The position numbers were made by a program, and so were the translations under genes. This document shows positions 54,914 to 64,000 of a stretch of DNA of 64,000 nt, piece after piece; the first letter of the stretch is position 1; each line of letters opens with the position of its first letter. The notes beneath the pieces are model-generated. The model worked only from the letters and a program-made list of their open reading frames with translations, did not search any database and was not told the origin of the DNA. Location: positions 124,001-188,000 of IMG/VR virus record IMGVR_UViG_3300033977_000108; one strand, given 5' to 3'.

Positions 54914-55593
54914 GTGGACCCTCCCAGTATACAGGCGGAGTATAGATCGGCAATACTAATCAATACGGCCAGGGGATTCGTGGTATGCCCAGTGGTAGAG
55001 GTCTCAGTACGACCCGCAAAGCCAAAATGGGCATCCGAGTACCCTCCCTCGGCAAATAGCAAGGACCCAGCCTGCAATTCAGTAAGCTGTATCCCGTGCT
55101 TCGCCAGCTCCTGGATGAGCTTCACCTCCTCGGTGACGTACCTAAAAGCGCCATCTTTATACCTGAACTCCTGGCCCTTCTCATTGTCCTTAAGCTGGGC
55201 AAGCTCCTCGGCCGTAAGCTTCTCGTACTTCCAGATCTTGGCAAAGTCGTGGATGTAGCAGCCAATGATAATATCACTGATGCTCACGGCTCCCCAGTCT
55301 CCGGCGTATAACTGCTTTATATCCAGGCAGATGCCAATCATCTGCCGGACGTGGTCGGATAGCCCACCGGACCACTTGTGATGCAGGCGCACGCTGGCTG
55401 GTGCATGCTGGAACTCCGGGTGTGCCAGGTGGAAGGCAAGCCACTTCTCTGCCTCCGTCTGGGGGCTGATCTCGGACAGCCAGTCACATGTATTGGTCTT
55501 ACTATAACGATACCTGACCATCCGTGCTCCCTGCTCCTCCATGTAGGCCATAGCTGCGCGGATGTCTATGCGAACAATATTGCTATCGCTCAT
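54910..55593 (-). CDS. HD-domain phosphohydrolase (YhaM-like)
   Basis: PAS...HH.W.GGL.DH, IHDFAK, ADL.S. Confidence 0.82.
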   Translation of the reverse strand: MSDSNIVRIDIRAAMAYMEEQGARMVRYRYSKTNTCDWLSEISPQTEAEKWLAFHLAHPEFQHAPASVRLHHKWSGGLSDHVRQMIGICLDIKQLYAGDWGAVSISDIIIGCYIHDFAKIWKYEKLTAEELAQLKDNEKGQEFRYKDGAFRYVTEEVKLIQELAKHGIQLTELQAGSLLFAEGGYSDAHFGFAGRTETSTTGHTTNPLAVLISIADLYSACILGGST

Positions 55594-55801
55594 CTTGCGT
55601 ACTCGTCCAGTTGATCTTGAAGTACGGGCCCTCTACATCGAAAGGGTTCGGCCCCCAGCGCTTTCCATAGCGCAATACCCGCTTGGCAGGCCCCTTGCAC
55701 TTTGGGCATACCTGGTCCTTCTCATAGTCATCGAAAGTATGCCGCTCCTCAAACTCGGTCTTACAGTCTGGGCTACGGCATTCATACTGGTAGATAGGCA
55801 T
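55583..55801 (-). CDS. FmdB-family zinc ribbon protein
   Basis: MPIYQYEC..C...FE...CPKC. Confidence 0.8.
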   Translation of the reverse strand: MPIYQYECRSPDCKTEFEERHTFDDYEKDQVCPKCKGPAKRVLRYGKRWGPNPFDVEGPYFKINWTSTQDER

Positions 55802-56175
55802 TATTTCTCCTCTGGCAGCAGCTCTACTTCGCCGGTCAATGAGACAAAGTATTGTCGGCCTGGTTTCATGCCCTTGACTTCTTTCTTTAGCACAGCATCA
55901 ATAGCCATGCCGGCGAATTTGGCTATAGTGTTCATCAGCTTGCCGCCTAATTGAGGCACCACTCTTGGATTATCCCCGCGTATGGCCAGCATGGGAAGAA
56001 TGATACCAGGTGATCTCTTTTCGCCTGGGACTACCTTGCCATAGAGCAGGGCAAAGAAGTTCTCATTTCCTGGGCCGGCGCAAAGATGGATGATGGCATA
56101 GTGTCCTGTCTTTATGGCGGTCTTTCTATCAGGCGTTACTGTTATCAGTGCGTGTGTCAGAACTATTGGATCCAT
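55801..56175 (-). CDS. Hypothetical protein
   Basis: Coupled ORF. Confidence 0.55.
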   Translation of the reverse strand: MDPIVLTHALITVTPDRKTAIKTGHYAIIHLCAGPGNENFFALLYGKVVPGEKRSPGIILPMLAIRGDNPRVVPQLGGKLMNTIAKFAGMAIDAVLKKEVKGMKPGRQYFVSLTGEVELLPEEK

Positions 56176-56177
56176 CT

Positions 56178-56807
56178 TTATTCCATCCCTTCATAAAACT
56201 GCTCATTTTCGTCCCAATCCAAGGCCGTATCTAATTGTATGGCGCAAGTATCCAGCCAGTTTACTCCTTCCAGCGTCTCCATGTCAAGCTCCCGATTATC
56301 GGTAATGCTGTGAATCGCATTCATGAACTTCGTAAGCTCGCCCTTGAACAGATGGGATAGCTTCCTGACTTTGTATTCGTCGGCATCTTCAAAGGTATCC
56401 TTCTCCCGCAGCGCCCCTTCTACATACAGCCTATCTTCCAGGTCGGCAATGGCCTGTCTCCAACTGAATGGCGCCGTGTGCTTTACAATAACGCGTGCGG
56501 GGGATTGATGAAAGTCGCGCACAGCTCGCTTGCGGGCTATCTTGATGCCTTTCTTACGAATGAACTGGTCTGGCCCATAGCGTCCCGGCAGCCCAGGGCT
56601 GCATCTGGCCAATCCTACTACCCACTCAGATGTGGGGTCATCCTCTGTTGGCTTCTTGGTTAGATAGGCGGCTACTATCCGCCTATTGTGGAAGCTCCCC
56701 GGCTCAAATAGGACAACGGATAACTCCTTTGTTATCTGTAGCTCCGGGGCCGCTAACTCCGACTCGGAAATACTGCCCATGGCTCCTCCTAATGGTTCAG
56801 CCGCCAA
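56178..56807 (-). CDS. Hypothetical protein
   Basis: GLARCSP..DQF..KKG..IA..RA motif. Confidence 0.6.
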   Translation of the reverse strand: MAAEPLGGAMGSISESELAAPELQITKELSVVLFEPGSFHNRRIVAAYLTKKPTEDDPTSEWVVGLARCSPGLPGRYGPDQFIRKKGIKIARKRAVRDFHQSPARVIVKHTAPFSWRQAIADLEDRLYVEGALREKDTFEDADEYKVRKLSHLFKGELTKFMNAIHSITDNRELDMETLEGVNWLDTCAIQLDTALDWDENEQFYEGME

Positions 56808-59002
56808 GCCAGTAAGCTATTCCGCTTGGACTGCTGATTATTCTTTACTGCTATTTCCAGGGCTGACCTGCTACCCAGGAAGATTATGAGCTTCTTTGCC
56901 CTTGTAGCTGCAGTGTAAATCAGCTGTCGCTGGAGCATAATGTAGTGCGACCTCAGCAAGACGACTATTACGCAATCGTATTCACTGCCTTGGCTCTTAT
57001 GTATGGTAGTAGCATAAGCCAGCTGTAGATCCTTTGCGTCCTCATAGGGATACAGAACTTCCTGGCCGTCAAAGTCAATGGTCAGTGTCTCCTCCGTGGA
57101 GTCTGCTCCTTTTATGATACCAATATCGCCATTATAGACGTTTAGATCATAATTATTTACTATCTGCATGACCCGATCACCGACTTGAAGGGCTCGCGAT
57201 AGCTCAACCACTAGCTTGCCATTGGGGTTGATTAAGTCGCGCAGAAAGACATTTAGTTCATTGACGCCGGCTCTGCCGCCCTTCATTGGTACTAATACTT
57301 GTACCTGTTTCTTCGGGTTGAGCTTGAACTTATCGGGTATTCTATCTTCTATGAGTTTTTGCAGCGTTGTTTTAATCCAGGCCTCCTGCTTGTCCTTTCC
57401 TTTGACCGCCTCTATAAAGTAGCTGTCGGACAAGTCGCCAGCATTGGCCGGCGGGAAGGAGGGCATCTCTCCGCGCCTGATGGCGTGGGCGTTGCGGACA
57501 ATAAGGCTGGTCTCGGCCTGTCTAAAGACCTGCGTTAGCTTCACGGTCTCTATCTTTCTACTCTCCAGTAGGGACTTCAGGACGCTTCCTGGACCTACGG
57601 CCGGCAGCTGCTCTGGGTCGCCTATAAGTAGAACGGTAGTGCCCAAAGCTATGGCTTTGAACAGATGGCAGGCCAACTCAGCATCTACCATGGAGAATTC
57701 ATCTACCACCAGAATGTCAGCATCCAAGAAGTTGTCTTTGTTGCGGCCGAACCTGCCCTCATTGGGCTTGAATTCCAGCAGCCTATGTATTGTCTGTGCC
57801 TCATGCCCGGAGACTTCGCTCAATCGCTTGGCGGCTCGGCCGGTTGGCGCAGCAAGGCTTACCTTAAGCCCTAAGTCTTTGGCTAGGGAGACGAGCGCCC
57901 TTATCGTTGTGGTCTTGCCGGTGCCAGGGCCACCAGTTAGGATAGAGATGGACCTTTTCAGGGCGTTCTTTACAGCCCTTTGCTGGTCTTCGGTCAATAT
58001 CAGTGGGGTTTGGCCATTGGGGACCGCTATACTTTTGGGTATTGGTATGTCAATCAGCATCAAATGTTGGAGCAGACAGGTCACATCTTCAGCTATACTC
58101 TTCTCTGCTTGAAGCAGGTGTGGAAGATAGGACAACTCTACATCGCCAGCTTTGGTCTTCATTGTTTCTTTTGCTACGTAGCCCTTCTCTATGGCGCCTT
58201 TCAATGAGGCTCTTGCCTCTTCTGGCAGCACGCCTATCAGCCTGGCAGCACGCTGTATCAATAACTCCTCTGGAATGAACATGTGCCCATCATTGGCCGC
58301 TTCATCCAGCAGATAGGCAAAGCTTGCCTCCAGGCGTTCAGGCGAGTCCTCCGGCCATTTCATCTTCTGGGCCATTTCGTCCGCGCGCTTGAAGCCAATG
58401 CCGGGCACAGACATCAGTCTGTATGGGTTGGCTTTCAGTATGTCAACAGCGTCCCCGCCAAACGTTATGTGCACACGATGCGTCCACACTGTGCTGATAC
58501 CATATTTCGCAAGGAACAATGCCAGCTGGCGCTCTATACGGTCCCGGCGCCAGGCCTTAGCAATGCGTGAGGCCGTAAGCTCTTTGATACCGGGTACTTT
58601 GGTGAGCTGCTCTGGATGGTTCTGCAGTACGTTCTCAAGCTCTGCAAGCGTTGGGAAGCGCAGGGCTATGGCCGTGGCTTTTATCGGTCCAACCCCTGGG
58701 ATCTCTCTGGCCAGATAATCCCGGATAGCCTCGATAGTAGTGCCGATAACACGAGCGGCCACAGCAACTTGGAACTGCTCACCATACGTTGGGTTGTTCA
58801 CCTTCTCGCCATTGATCTCGATCAGTTCGTCCGGCCCGACGAGAGGCAGAGTGCCAACCACCGTTATCTGCTCGGCGGCACCCTTAGAGATGAATTCGCC
58901 GATAGCGAAGTTACCTCTCCGGTACTTCACGTCGGTCAGATAGCCTTGTAGTGATTCCATCTTATCTCCCGTGCACCCATACATTGTTTGGTAGGTCTTC
59001 AA
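56789..59002 (-). CDS. recD2: ATP-dependent RecD2-like SF1B helicase
   Basis: GVGP..A, NPY.L..V.GIGFK.AD, TGGPGTGKT, APTGRAA, VDE.SM, GD..QL..VG.G, YA.TIHKSQGSE. Confidence 0.95.
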   Translation of the reverse strand: MKTYQTMYGCTGDKMESLQGYLTDVKYRRGNFAIGEFISKGAAEQITVVGTLPLVGPDELIEINGEKVNNPTYGEQFQVAVAARVIGTTIEAIRDYLAREIPGVGPIKATAIALRFPTLAELENVLQNHPEQLTKVPGIKELTASRIAKAWRRDRIERQLALFLAKYGISTVWTHRVHITFGGDAVDILKANPYRLMSVPGIGFKRADEMAQKMKWPEDSPERLEASFAYLLDEAANDGHMFIPEELLIQRAARLIGVLPEEARASLKGAIEKGYVAKETMKTKAGDVELSYLPHLLQAEKSIAEDVTCLLQHLMLIDIPIPKSIAVPNGQTPLILTEDQQRAVKNALKRSISILTGGPGTGKTTTIRALVSLAKDLGLKVSLAAPTGRAAKRLSEVSGHEAQTIHRLLEFKPNEGRFGRNKDNFLDADILVVDEFSMVDAELACHLFKAIALGTTVLLIGDPEQLPAVGPGSVLKSLLESRKIETVKLTQVFRQAETSLIVRNAHAIRRGEMPSFPPANAGDLSDSYFIEAVKGKDKQEAWIKTTLQKLIEDRIPDKFKLNPKKQVQVLVPMKGGRAGVNELNVFLRDLINPNGKLVVELSRALQVGDRVMQIVNNYDLNVYNGDIGIIKGADSTEETLTIDFDGQEVLYPYEDAKDLQLAYATTIHKSQGSEYDCVIVVLLRSHYIMLQRQLIYTAATRAKKLIIFLGSRSALEIAVKNNQQSKRNSLLAWRLNH

Positions 59003-59393
59003 GCAGGGGCTTTACTTGTTCCCACTTCAGCCCTCCACAGCCGCAACCGGGGCGTGGCAGGTGGAAGATGAAATTGGGGGAATCCTCCGCCAGGTGCAGC
59101 AATTGGGTGGCCGATTCCTTTATCCTCTTCAGAATAGAAGGCTTACGCCAGTCTTCCTTGGTAGGGAATGCAAGCATCTTGCCATTGTCCAGCCAGCACA
59201 CTCTATTGCCGAATTCACCCAGATGCAAAGCCAATTGCATAGGAACTAACGGCGCTCGGCGTTGGGCTTCCAGTGCCACGCCAGCACCCATCACAGCCCT
59301 CCCGTCCTTCCTGACACATCCATTGGTTGTAATACAAATCACATGGCCAGGCTCGCCATAGCGTTCCCACAGATCACCGGGTACCTCGATCAT
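58962..59393 (-). CDS. Macrodomain ADP-ribose hydrolase (DarG-like)
   Basis: TTN...VMGAGVA, FPTK.DW...S, PRPGCG.GGL.W..V..LL. Confidence 0.85.
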   Translation of the reverse strand: MIEVPGDLWERYGEPGHVICITTNGCVRKDGRAVMGAGVALEAQRRAPLVPMQLALHLGEFGNRVCWLDNGKMLAFPTKEDWRKPSILKRIKESATQLLHLAEDSPNFIFHLPRPGCGCGGLKWEQVKPLLEDLPNNVWVHGR

Positions 59394-59806
59394 ATGCCGT
59401 GCTCCCTCTTGAAGGCGCCTACCCGTATATATTCGGTGGTAGCCTCCTCTACAGCAGGGCTCTCGAACGCGTAGGTCACCACGGTGGTGACCACAAAGTC
59501 GGAGCCACAGTTGGAACAGGTGACATTATGTTCGCCGCTTTCGAAGATGCTTTCAGATATGTCATACGGCTCGTGTAGAGTTTTACATTTGGGGCAGCGT
59601 ACCCTGCGCTCGTGGATTGTTGCTTCCTTCCTGTCCCTTAGGTTCTCGCAGGGGACACACAGGGCTTTGTGCCCTGATTCGAACGCAATACAGGCGTCAC
59701 ACTGGTAGCAGCTCTCGCCGTTGGCTACCTGCGCCCTTTTGTATGAATCCCAGTCTGTCTCGCCAGTGACTGGATCAGTATGGTCCGCGAGTCTTGTTAT
59801 GCTCAC
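59390..59806 (-). CDS. Multi-Zn-finger protein
   Basis: CYQC, C.PC, CPKC, CSNC. Confidence 0.65.
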   Translation of the reverse strand: MSITRLADHTDPVTGETDWDSYKRAQVANGESCYQCDACIAFESGHKALCVPCENLRDRKEATIHERRVRCPKCKTLHEPYDISESIFESGEHNVTCSNCGSDFVVTTVVTYAFESPAVEEATTEYIRVGAFKREHGI

Positions 59807-59824
59807 AACTGACCTCCTCTTCTA

Positions 59825-60106
59825 TTACCGGAGCCCTCCAATAGTATCCAGGGCGAATTTTAGACCGGCAGCCTGCTTCATGTCATTGTTGGTGCTTATA
59901 GGCTGTCCTGGCTCAATGGGGTCGTCAGGCAGTTCGTCAATCATCTTCCAGATGGCACTAGCATAGCAGTAGACTCTTTGTCCTTCGGCATAATGATACC
60001 AGGCGCCCCGTTCGTAGCCTGCCAGTGGGGCATTGTTCCGCCGACAAAGGAAGCAGACAGCCTCGGTAGCCTGCTCAAGCAGGTCCTTCTTTTCCTCGTT
60101 GGTCAT
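59825..60106 (-). CDS. Hypothetical Zn-binding protein
   Basis: Start refined to MTNEEKK; CFLC...W.H...C.AS.I. Confidence 0.55.
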   Translation of the reverse strand: MTNEEKKDLLEQATEAVCFLCRRNNAPLAGYERGAWYHYAEGQRVYCYASAIWKMIDELPDDPIEPGQPISTNNDMKQAAGLKFALDTIGGLR

Positions 60107-60221
60107 TTGGCTCCTTCTTTTTGCCGATGTAAATCTCAAGCGTAGCTTTCAGATTCTCTATCTGTTCGTGGAGCCGCGCTATTTGGCGCAGCTTCTTCTT
60201 ATTCTTCAGCACCTGCTTCAT
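60075..60221 (-). CDS. Small basic coiled-coil protein (48 aa)
   Basis: Hand-translated; ATGA overlap with the NADAR stop. Confidence 0.45.
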   Translation of the reverse strand: MKQVLKNKKKLRQIARLHEQIENLKATLEIYIGKKKEPNDQRGKEGPA

Positions 60222-60685
60222 CGCTTCAGCTTATCCCTCACTTTCATCAGTATCTTACCCAAGTGGTTCTCGCCGCCGACATTCTTGCATTTGGGGCAGG
60301 TGCAGTTTCCCCACCGGTTGTCGTGCCACCAGTTTCCCTCTATTAGCGTGGCGTCGCCTGTCGCTAACAGCTTCTCTTTCAAGAACTTATCCTGGAATTT
60401 GATGGTAACAATCTCTTCCATTACCTGTAGGGCCAGCTCTGGCGACCAATCGGGGCGCAGGCGTATAGAGTCTCCCAATTTCTTGGCTTGGGCGGGATGC
60501 AAGTTGCAGAACAGTGCCCGTGTTGCGGTGTCAGTAGGCACTACTTTGGCTGCTTGATAGGCATTCTCTGAAGATCGGTAGGTAAGTCCTTCATATACAA
60601 CCTCCTGCAGATGGAAGTTGGATGCCCACTCAAATTCGCCCTTAAATTCACCTATGATTTCCATTGAATGGTTGTAGTCTCCCAT
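60218..60685 (-). CDS. NADAR (DUF1768/YbiA) family protein
   Basis: SNF, SEN.YQA.K, AKKLG, LLATG...IEGN...D..WG, G.N.LG..LM.VR. Confidence 0.92.
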   Translation of the reverse strand: MGDYNHSMEIIGEFKGEFEWASNFHLQEVVYEGLTYRSSENAYQAAKVVPTDTATRALFCNLHPAQAKKLGDSIRLRPDWSPELALQVMEEIVTIKFQDKFLKEKLLATGDATLIEGNWWHDNRWGNCTCPKCKNVGGENHLGKILMKVRDKLKR

Positions 60686-60908
60686 GGCGTTTCATTCTCT
60701 TACGCACGCGATCCGTAATGGCATCGTTTCTCCTCCAGATAAACCCGAACTGACCATCTTTGATGGCTGCTTCGGCGGTGTGGACCAAGCCGCAGTCGCA
60801 GCAGGCCATATCATGTGTTTCCATTAGAAGTGGATAGAATCTGCCTTCTGTTCTTACCTTGAAGTAATCACGCACTAGGCTTCCTCCCTCAAAAGCAGGC
60901 AACGCCAT
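60648..60908 (-). CDS. Small Cys-containing hypothetical protein
   Basis: CCDCGLVH motif. Confidence 0.55.
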   Translation of the reverse strand: MALPAFEGGSLVRDYFKVRTEGRFYPLLMETHDMACCDCGLVHTAEAAIKDGQFGFIWRRNDAITDRVRKRMKRHGRLQPFNGNHR

Positions 60909-60917
60909 GCAGCTTTC

Positions 60918-61172
60918 CTATGCCTGCGCGCTCTCCTTTGTGGGCATTAGCAAGACTTGCTTTGATTTTACTTTGTCTTCGTAGAGGTCGGCCAGGCCGC
61001 TCAATAGCGCGCGCACATCTCTTGGCGCAGTCTCATTTGTATTGGAGAATTTCATAAGGGTCGGGGGCTTCACGCCCCAGATGAAGCCAATGATACACAT
61101 CTCGCGCTTGTTTGCCAGGTCTGTCACATAGCCAGCCATGGCTATCAGTTCGTCGCCTTCGGCTTCGGTCAT
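60918..61172 (-). CDS. Hypothetical protein
   Basis: Coupled ORF. Confidence 0.55.
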   Translation of the reverse strand: MTEAEGDELIAMAGYVTDLANKREMCIIGFIWGVKPPTLMKFSNTNETAPRDVRALLSGLADLYEDKVKSKQVLLMPTKESAQA

Positions 61173-61480
61173 GCTGCCAACTCCATGGGTATATTTGTTT
61201 CAACGGGGTCTACCAGTATGTAGGGCTCCATTACTGGGTCTTCCCTATACTGGCTGTCATACAATACTTCGCCGTTGACAGTGACGGTTAGAATGCCATC
61301 CTTTACGACGACATAGCCATCCTTGTCGTCGCAGGTATAGTAGAATGCTAAATCACTTACCCATTCTGGCGCGTTTCTTCTTATCCACGGACCTTCTATG
61401 CCCGTCAGGCGCGCCAGTATTCCTTCCGCATCTATGCTTGTTACGAACAACTGGTTCAATCGGTTCGGTAGGGTCAGCAA
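61169..61480 (-). CDS. Hypothetical protein
   Basis: Coupled ORF. Confidence 0.5.
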   Translation of the reverse strand: MLTLPNRLNQLFVTSIDAEGILARLTGIEGPWIRRNAPEWVSDLAFYYTCDDKDGYVVVKDGILTVTVNGEVLYDSQYREDPVMEPYILVDPVETNIPMELAA

Positions 61481-61832
61481 CAGATTCTCCTTTATGTGGT
61501 TGGGGGAGCATTGATGATAATTTCAGGCAGTTGTCGCAGTATAGCAGCCCTCCGGCTTTACTACCGCGGCAGTGAAAGCAGAGGTCTCCCCTTATGTATC
61601 TCTTCAGCTCGGCTTCGGTCAGGAATTCTTCGTCCCTGCACCACGGGCTGCAGAAGACCCTCTTATCCCCCAAAATAGTGTATCTGAAGAAGCCTATCAG
61701 TCTATGACAGGCATCACACTTTTCAGGTGGCTTTATCGGACGCGGCGTCGGAGAAGACCGCGCTCTCCCACTTCCCGGGCGAAGCAGGGCGCTCATCTCT
61801 TCCAGGGCTTCTAGGCTGGGATAATCCTTCAA
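61353..61832 (-). CDS. Zn-finger protein
   Basis: CDAC...FCSPWC; CFHC...CDNC. Confidence 0.55.
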   Translation of the reverse strand: MKDYPSLEALEEMSALLRPGSGRARSSPTPRPIKPPEKCDACHRLIGFFRYTILGDKRVFCSPWCRDEEFLTEAELKRYIRGDLCFHCRGSKAGGLLYCDNCLKLSSMLPQPHKGESVADPTEPIEPVVRNKHRCGRNTGAPDGHRRSVDKKKRARMGK

Positions 61833-62061
61833 GTTTCACCTCAAATTCTTTCTTATCCAGCTCGGCGCGCATGATATCAAACGGTTCATCAAACACCAGC
61901 AGCCGCAGCAAGTGGAGCAGCACCAGCTTGTAAATCCTATCATCGGCAAAATGCATGTACCAATCAGCCGCTGCTCCAAGCAGGGCCACCGGGTTGGTTG
62001 GTGGAAATGGATCCTCTATAAGGCAGCGGATCGTTTCAATTGTTTTGGGCTGTAGTTGCAT
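61723..62061 (-). CDS. Hypothetical protein
   Basis: ORF in series. Confidence 0.45.
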   Translation of the reverse strand: MQLQPKTIETIRCLIEDPFPPTNPVALLGAAADWYMHFADDRIYKLVLLHLLRLLVFDEPFDIMRAELDKKEFEVKLEGLSQPRSPGRDERPASPGKWESAVFSDAASDKAT

Positions 62062-62134
62062 TGGCTTCCCTCAGCTCCTTCGGCCCGGGCGGCGTAGATT
62101 AGAAATAGGAGCGTATGAGGGCGCCAGTATGTGA

Positions 62135-62497
62135 TCACCCTGCTGGACTATTAGAACTCTCATGCTTCTTCTCCTCCGCTAGGACCATAGCTTGCCATTC
62201 GCGCATTGGCTTGATGGAGATGTCTTGTATGGCGTACCCCCGCTCTCGATATATGTCGATATCTGTTATCATTGCGGACTCTTTGTCCCACCAGCATTCG
62301 CCTCCCCAAACTACGTCGCCGTTGTCCAGCGTCAGCTTGGGGTTCTTCTGGCCTGCTTCCCGCATAGCAGGGCAAAGGCCCATGGCATCTTCGGACGGCA
62401 CCTCTTCGCCCTCATAAATGCCGTAACCAAGAAAATAAACCACCTTGGCATTGCTATCAACCAGGTATACAACACCGATGCGATCACCTTTGGTCAT
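62135..62497 (-). CDS. Conserved phage hypothetical protein
   Basis: Start refined to MTKGDRIG; G.G.Y.G...NP...LD.G..VWG.ECWW. Confidence 0.7.
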   Translation of the reverse strand: MTKGDRIGVVYLVDSNAKVVYFLGYGIYEGEEVPSEDAMGLCPAMREAGQKNPKLTLDNGDVVWGGECWWDKESAMITDIDIYRERGYAIQDISIKPMREWQAMVLAEEKKHESSNSPAG

Positions 62498-62531
62498 TGC
62501 TCTCCTGCGGCATTCCATGCCATCGCTGTGT

Positions 62532-62771
62532 TTATGTGTTCTCTTTCTTACCAAGGAGGTCTTTGCACTCCTGGCATCTGACCTGTCTTGGACCCCCATT
62601 CGCGGGGTTATAGTCGAGTTCCACTTCGTGCCCGCAGGAAAGTACATAAGTCCATACTCTGTAGTCGTCCGTATTGGTTAGCACATACCTCATGGTGGTC
62701 TGTTTGACCACCGATCTCCAGGGTACCTGGGGCTCATCTATCTTAGTCCACAACTTGCTCCACCAACTCAT
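62532..62771 (-). CDS. Small Zn-binding protein
   Basis: LSCGH...CQEC. Confidence 0.55.
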   Translation of the reverse strand: MSWWSKLWTKIDEPQVPWRSVVKQTTMRYVLTNTDDYRVWTYVLSCGHEVELDYNPANGGPRQVRCQECKDLLGKKENT

Positions 62772-63271
62772 AGTTCCCTCTCTGGTATTGGATTGTATTC
62801 CCTCTGCTCTGGCCTGATGCACAGAGTATCAATTGCCTTCATCGCCTTTTGCTCGGCTGCTAAGTCCCACTCATTGACCACGCCTAAGGCCTTGGACAGG
62901 GCGGCGCGGATGGTATGCAGGAAGTTATTCGCGTCCTCGCGCCTGATTATCTGGTCGCCAATCGTTGTCCACTGCTCCTCGTCGCCTTCAAACAGCCGGC
63001 ACAGAGAAACAGCTGCGCTTTCAGCACACCACAAAGCATTGAACATCCTTGGGGATGCAGCTATAAAGCAGGGTAGCTCGGGAGAGCTATCGCACACAGC
63101 TACGGTTCTCCCATTGATATCCTTGACCTCAATATCTCGGGCGTACCAATCAGGCGCCTCCCTCAACTCCTCCCGGAGTCTGGCCCAGAAGTTAGGGGGC
63201 TCTATTATCATAGGCGGAACTTTAGGGGGCTCTATTATCATAGATGGAGCTGTCGAATTAGTTGAGCCCAA
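62768..63271 (-). CDS. Hypothetical protein
   Basis: IAASPRM..AL motif; N-terminal repeat. Confidence 0.55.
   Translation of the reverse strand: MGSTNSTAPSMIIEPPKVPPMIIEPPNFWARLREELREAPDWYARDIEVKDINGRTVAVCDSSPELPCFIAASPRMFNALWCAESAAVSLCRLFEGDEEQWTTIGDQIIRREDANNFLHTIRAALSKALGVVNEWDLAAEQKAMKAIDTLCIRPEQREYNPIPEREL
63192..63243. repeat. Two-copy direct repeat (22 bp, period 30)
   Basis: TTAGGGGGCTCTATTATCATAG at 63192-63213 and 63222-63243; encodes MIIEPP twice. Confidence 0.85.
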
Positions 63272-63285
63272 TTGCGGCCTCCAGC

Positions 63286-63975
63286 CTACCGTTGTCGATC
63301 CGCCCGGTTTTTATTCTCACTGCTGATTCCTTTCAGTTTATCCCAGACCCTGAATGCTGGGGTCGGCAGCCTGGGCAACAGCGACCTACAAGGGGATAGA
63401 GAATAGTCGTAAATGATAGGACTGACATTTCCCCTAACTGGGACATAGTTACTCAATTTCAGCGGGCTGCCAGAATCCATGTTATGACTGCCATACCATG
63501 CGCTATTCCCGGCTTCAGCCAGTATTTTTGCCACTTCTGCTACATCGGCAAGGCTGAAGCGATAATCGTGTCCGCCGACTGGTATCTCCGTCATCGCCAG
63601 TAGCTCTTTGATCTTCGCGTCTTCGCAGGTAAGCGGGACCCGTATGATTATTCCTTTCATGTAGGCACCAACCAAGCGCTCGGCGGCTACCAGAATGCCA
63701 CCGTAGGACGCTTCGTTATCAGGTAAGGTAGGGTAAAGCCTCGTCGCGCAAAGCGCCTCTGGCCCTGATACTAGTATTAGTAGAGCGTTGTTGTGCATCG
63801 CCAGTCGTATTGCGGCGGAGAGGTTCTTCCCCTCTGCATCCAGCAGGTTATTCGGGTCCTGCATCAGATAGTAGATTACATCGAATTCTGTCTGACCCAA
63901 GGTTGCGTTTACCCATCTAAGTCGCTGGCTGTCATATACCGAGAACACGGCGGCATAGAGCAGGTCATCCGTCAT
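63286..63975 (-). CDS. Hypothetical protein
   Basis: 229-aa ORF. Confidence 0.6.
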   Translation of the reverse strand: MTDDLLYAAVFSVYDSQRLRWVNATLGQTEFDVIYYLMQDPNNLLDAEGKNLSAAIRLAMHNNALLILVSGPEALCATRLYPTLPDNEASYGGILVAAERLVGAYMKGIIIRVPLTCEDAKIKELLAMTEIPVGGHDYRFSLADVAEVAKILAEAGNSAWYGSHNMDSGSPLKLSNYVPVRGNVSPIIYDYSLSPCRSLLPRLPTPAFRVWDKLKGISSENKNRADRQR

Positions 63976-64000
63976 AAAGACTTCTGCTCTGGGCGGAGTA

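Noticed and set aside
293-63326. Numerous plus-strand ORFs in the track, some 150-220 aa
   Set aside because: They are antisense shadows of well-supported minus-strand genes, with no motifs and no convincing RBS.
1-64000. Stop-codon reassignment
   Set aside because: Long conserved genes are intact under the standard code, and no suppressor tRNA was seen.

Overview
This window is a 64-kb internal segment of a large dsDNA bacteriophage (or phage-like element) genome. Essentially every credible gene lies on the minus strand, tightly packed with overlapping start and stop codons. The block covers DNA replication, recombination, nucleotide metabolism and accessory functions: primase-helicase fusion, family A DNA polymerase, beta clamp, RecA, RecD2, Rad52/Sak, RuvC-like, HU-like, class II RNR, dUTPase, dCMP deaminase, UDG, a sigma factor and a type IIG R-M fusion. 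No capsid, terminase or tail genes were recognised, so the phage call rests on gene content and organisation. Highlights: (1) PolA is in three pieces. An N-terminal 459-aa gene is separated by three unrelated ORFs from a C-terminal gene, which is itself interrupted by an HNH-carrying group I intron with readable splice sites (38244-38908) that restore motif B. (2) There is an uncharacterised AAA+ ATPase / radical SAM / DUF2997 / 2x DUF1257 module. (3) A tandem array of five paralogous Gly/Lys/Pro-rich micro-peptides, invaded by an EndoVII gene, sits next to a papain-like protease. (4) Three tRNAs each break a canonical rule (fMet-like without the 3 GC pairs, Ala with a GGCAGAG T-loop, Phe with anticodon AAA), and there is a fourth tRNA-like element. 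(5) Candidate counter-defence genes include a macrodomain plus NADAR and a SLOG-JAB-phosphoesterase-NDT cluster. (6) A hairpin-dense intergenic region with a DnaA box is an origin candidate. All family assignments come from motif recognition by eye; no database searches were run.
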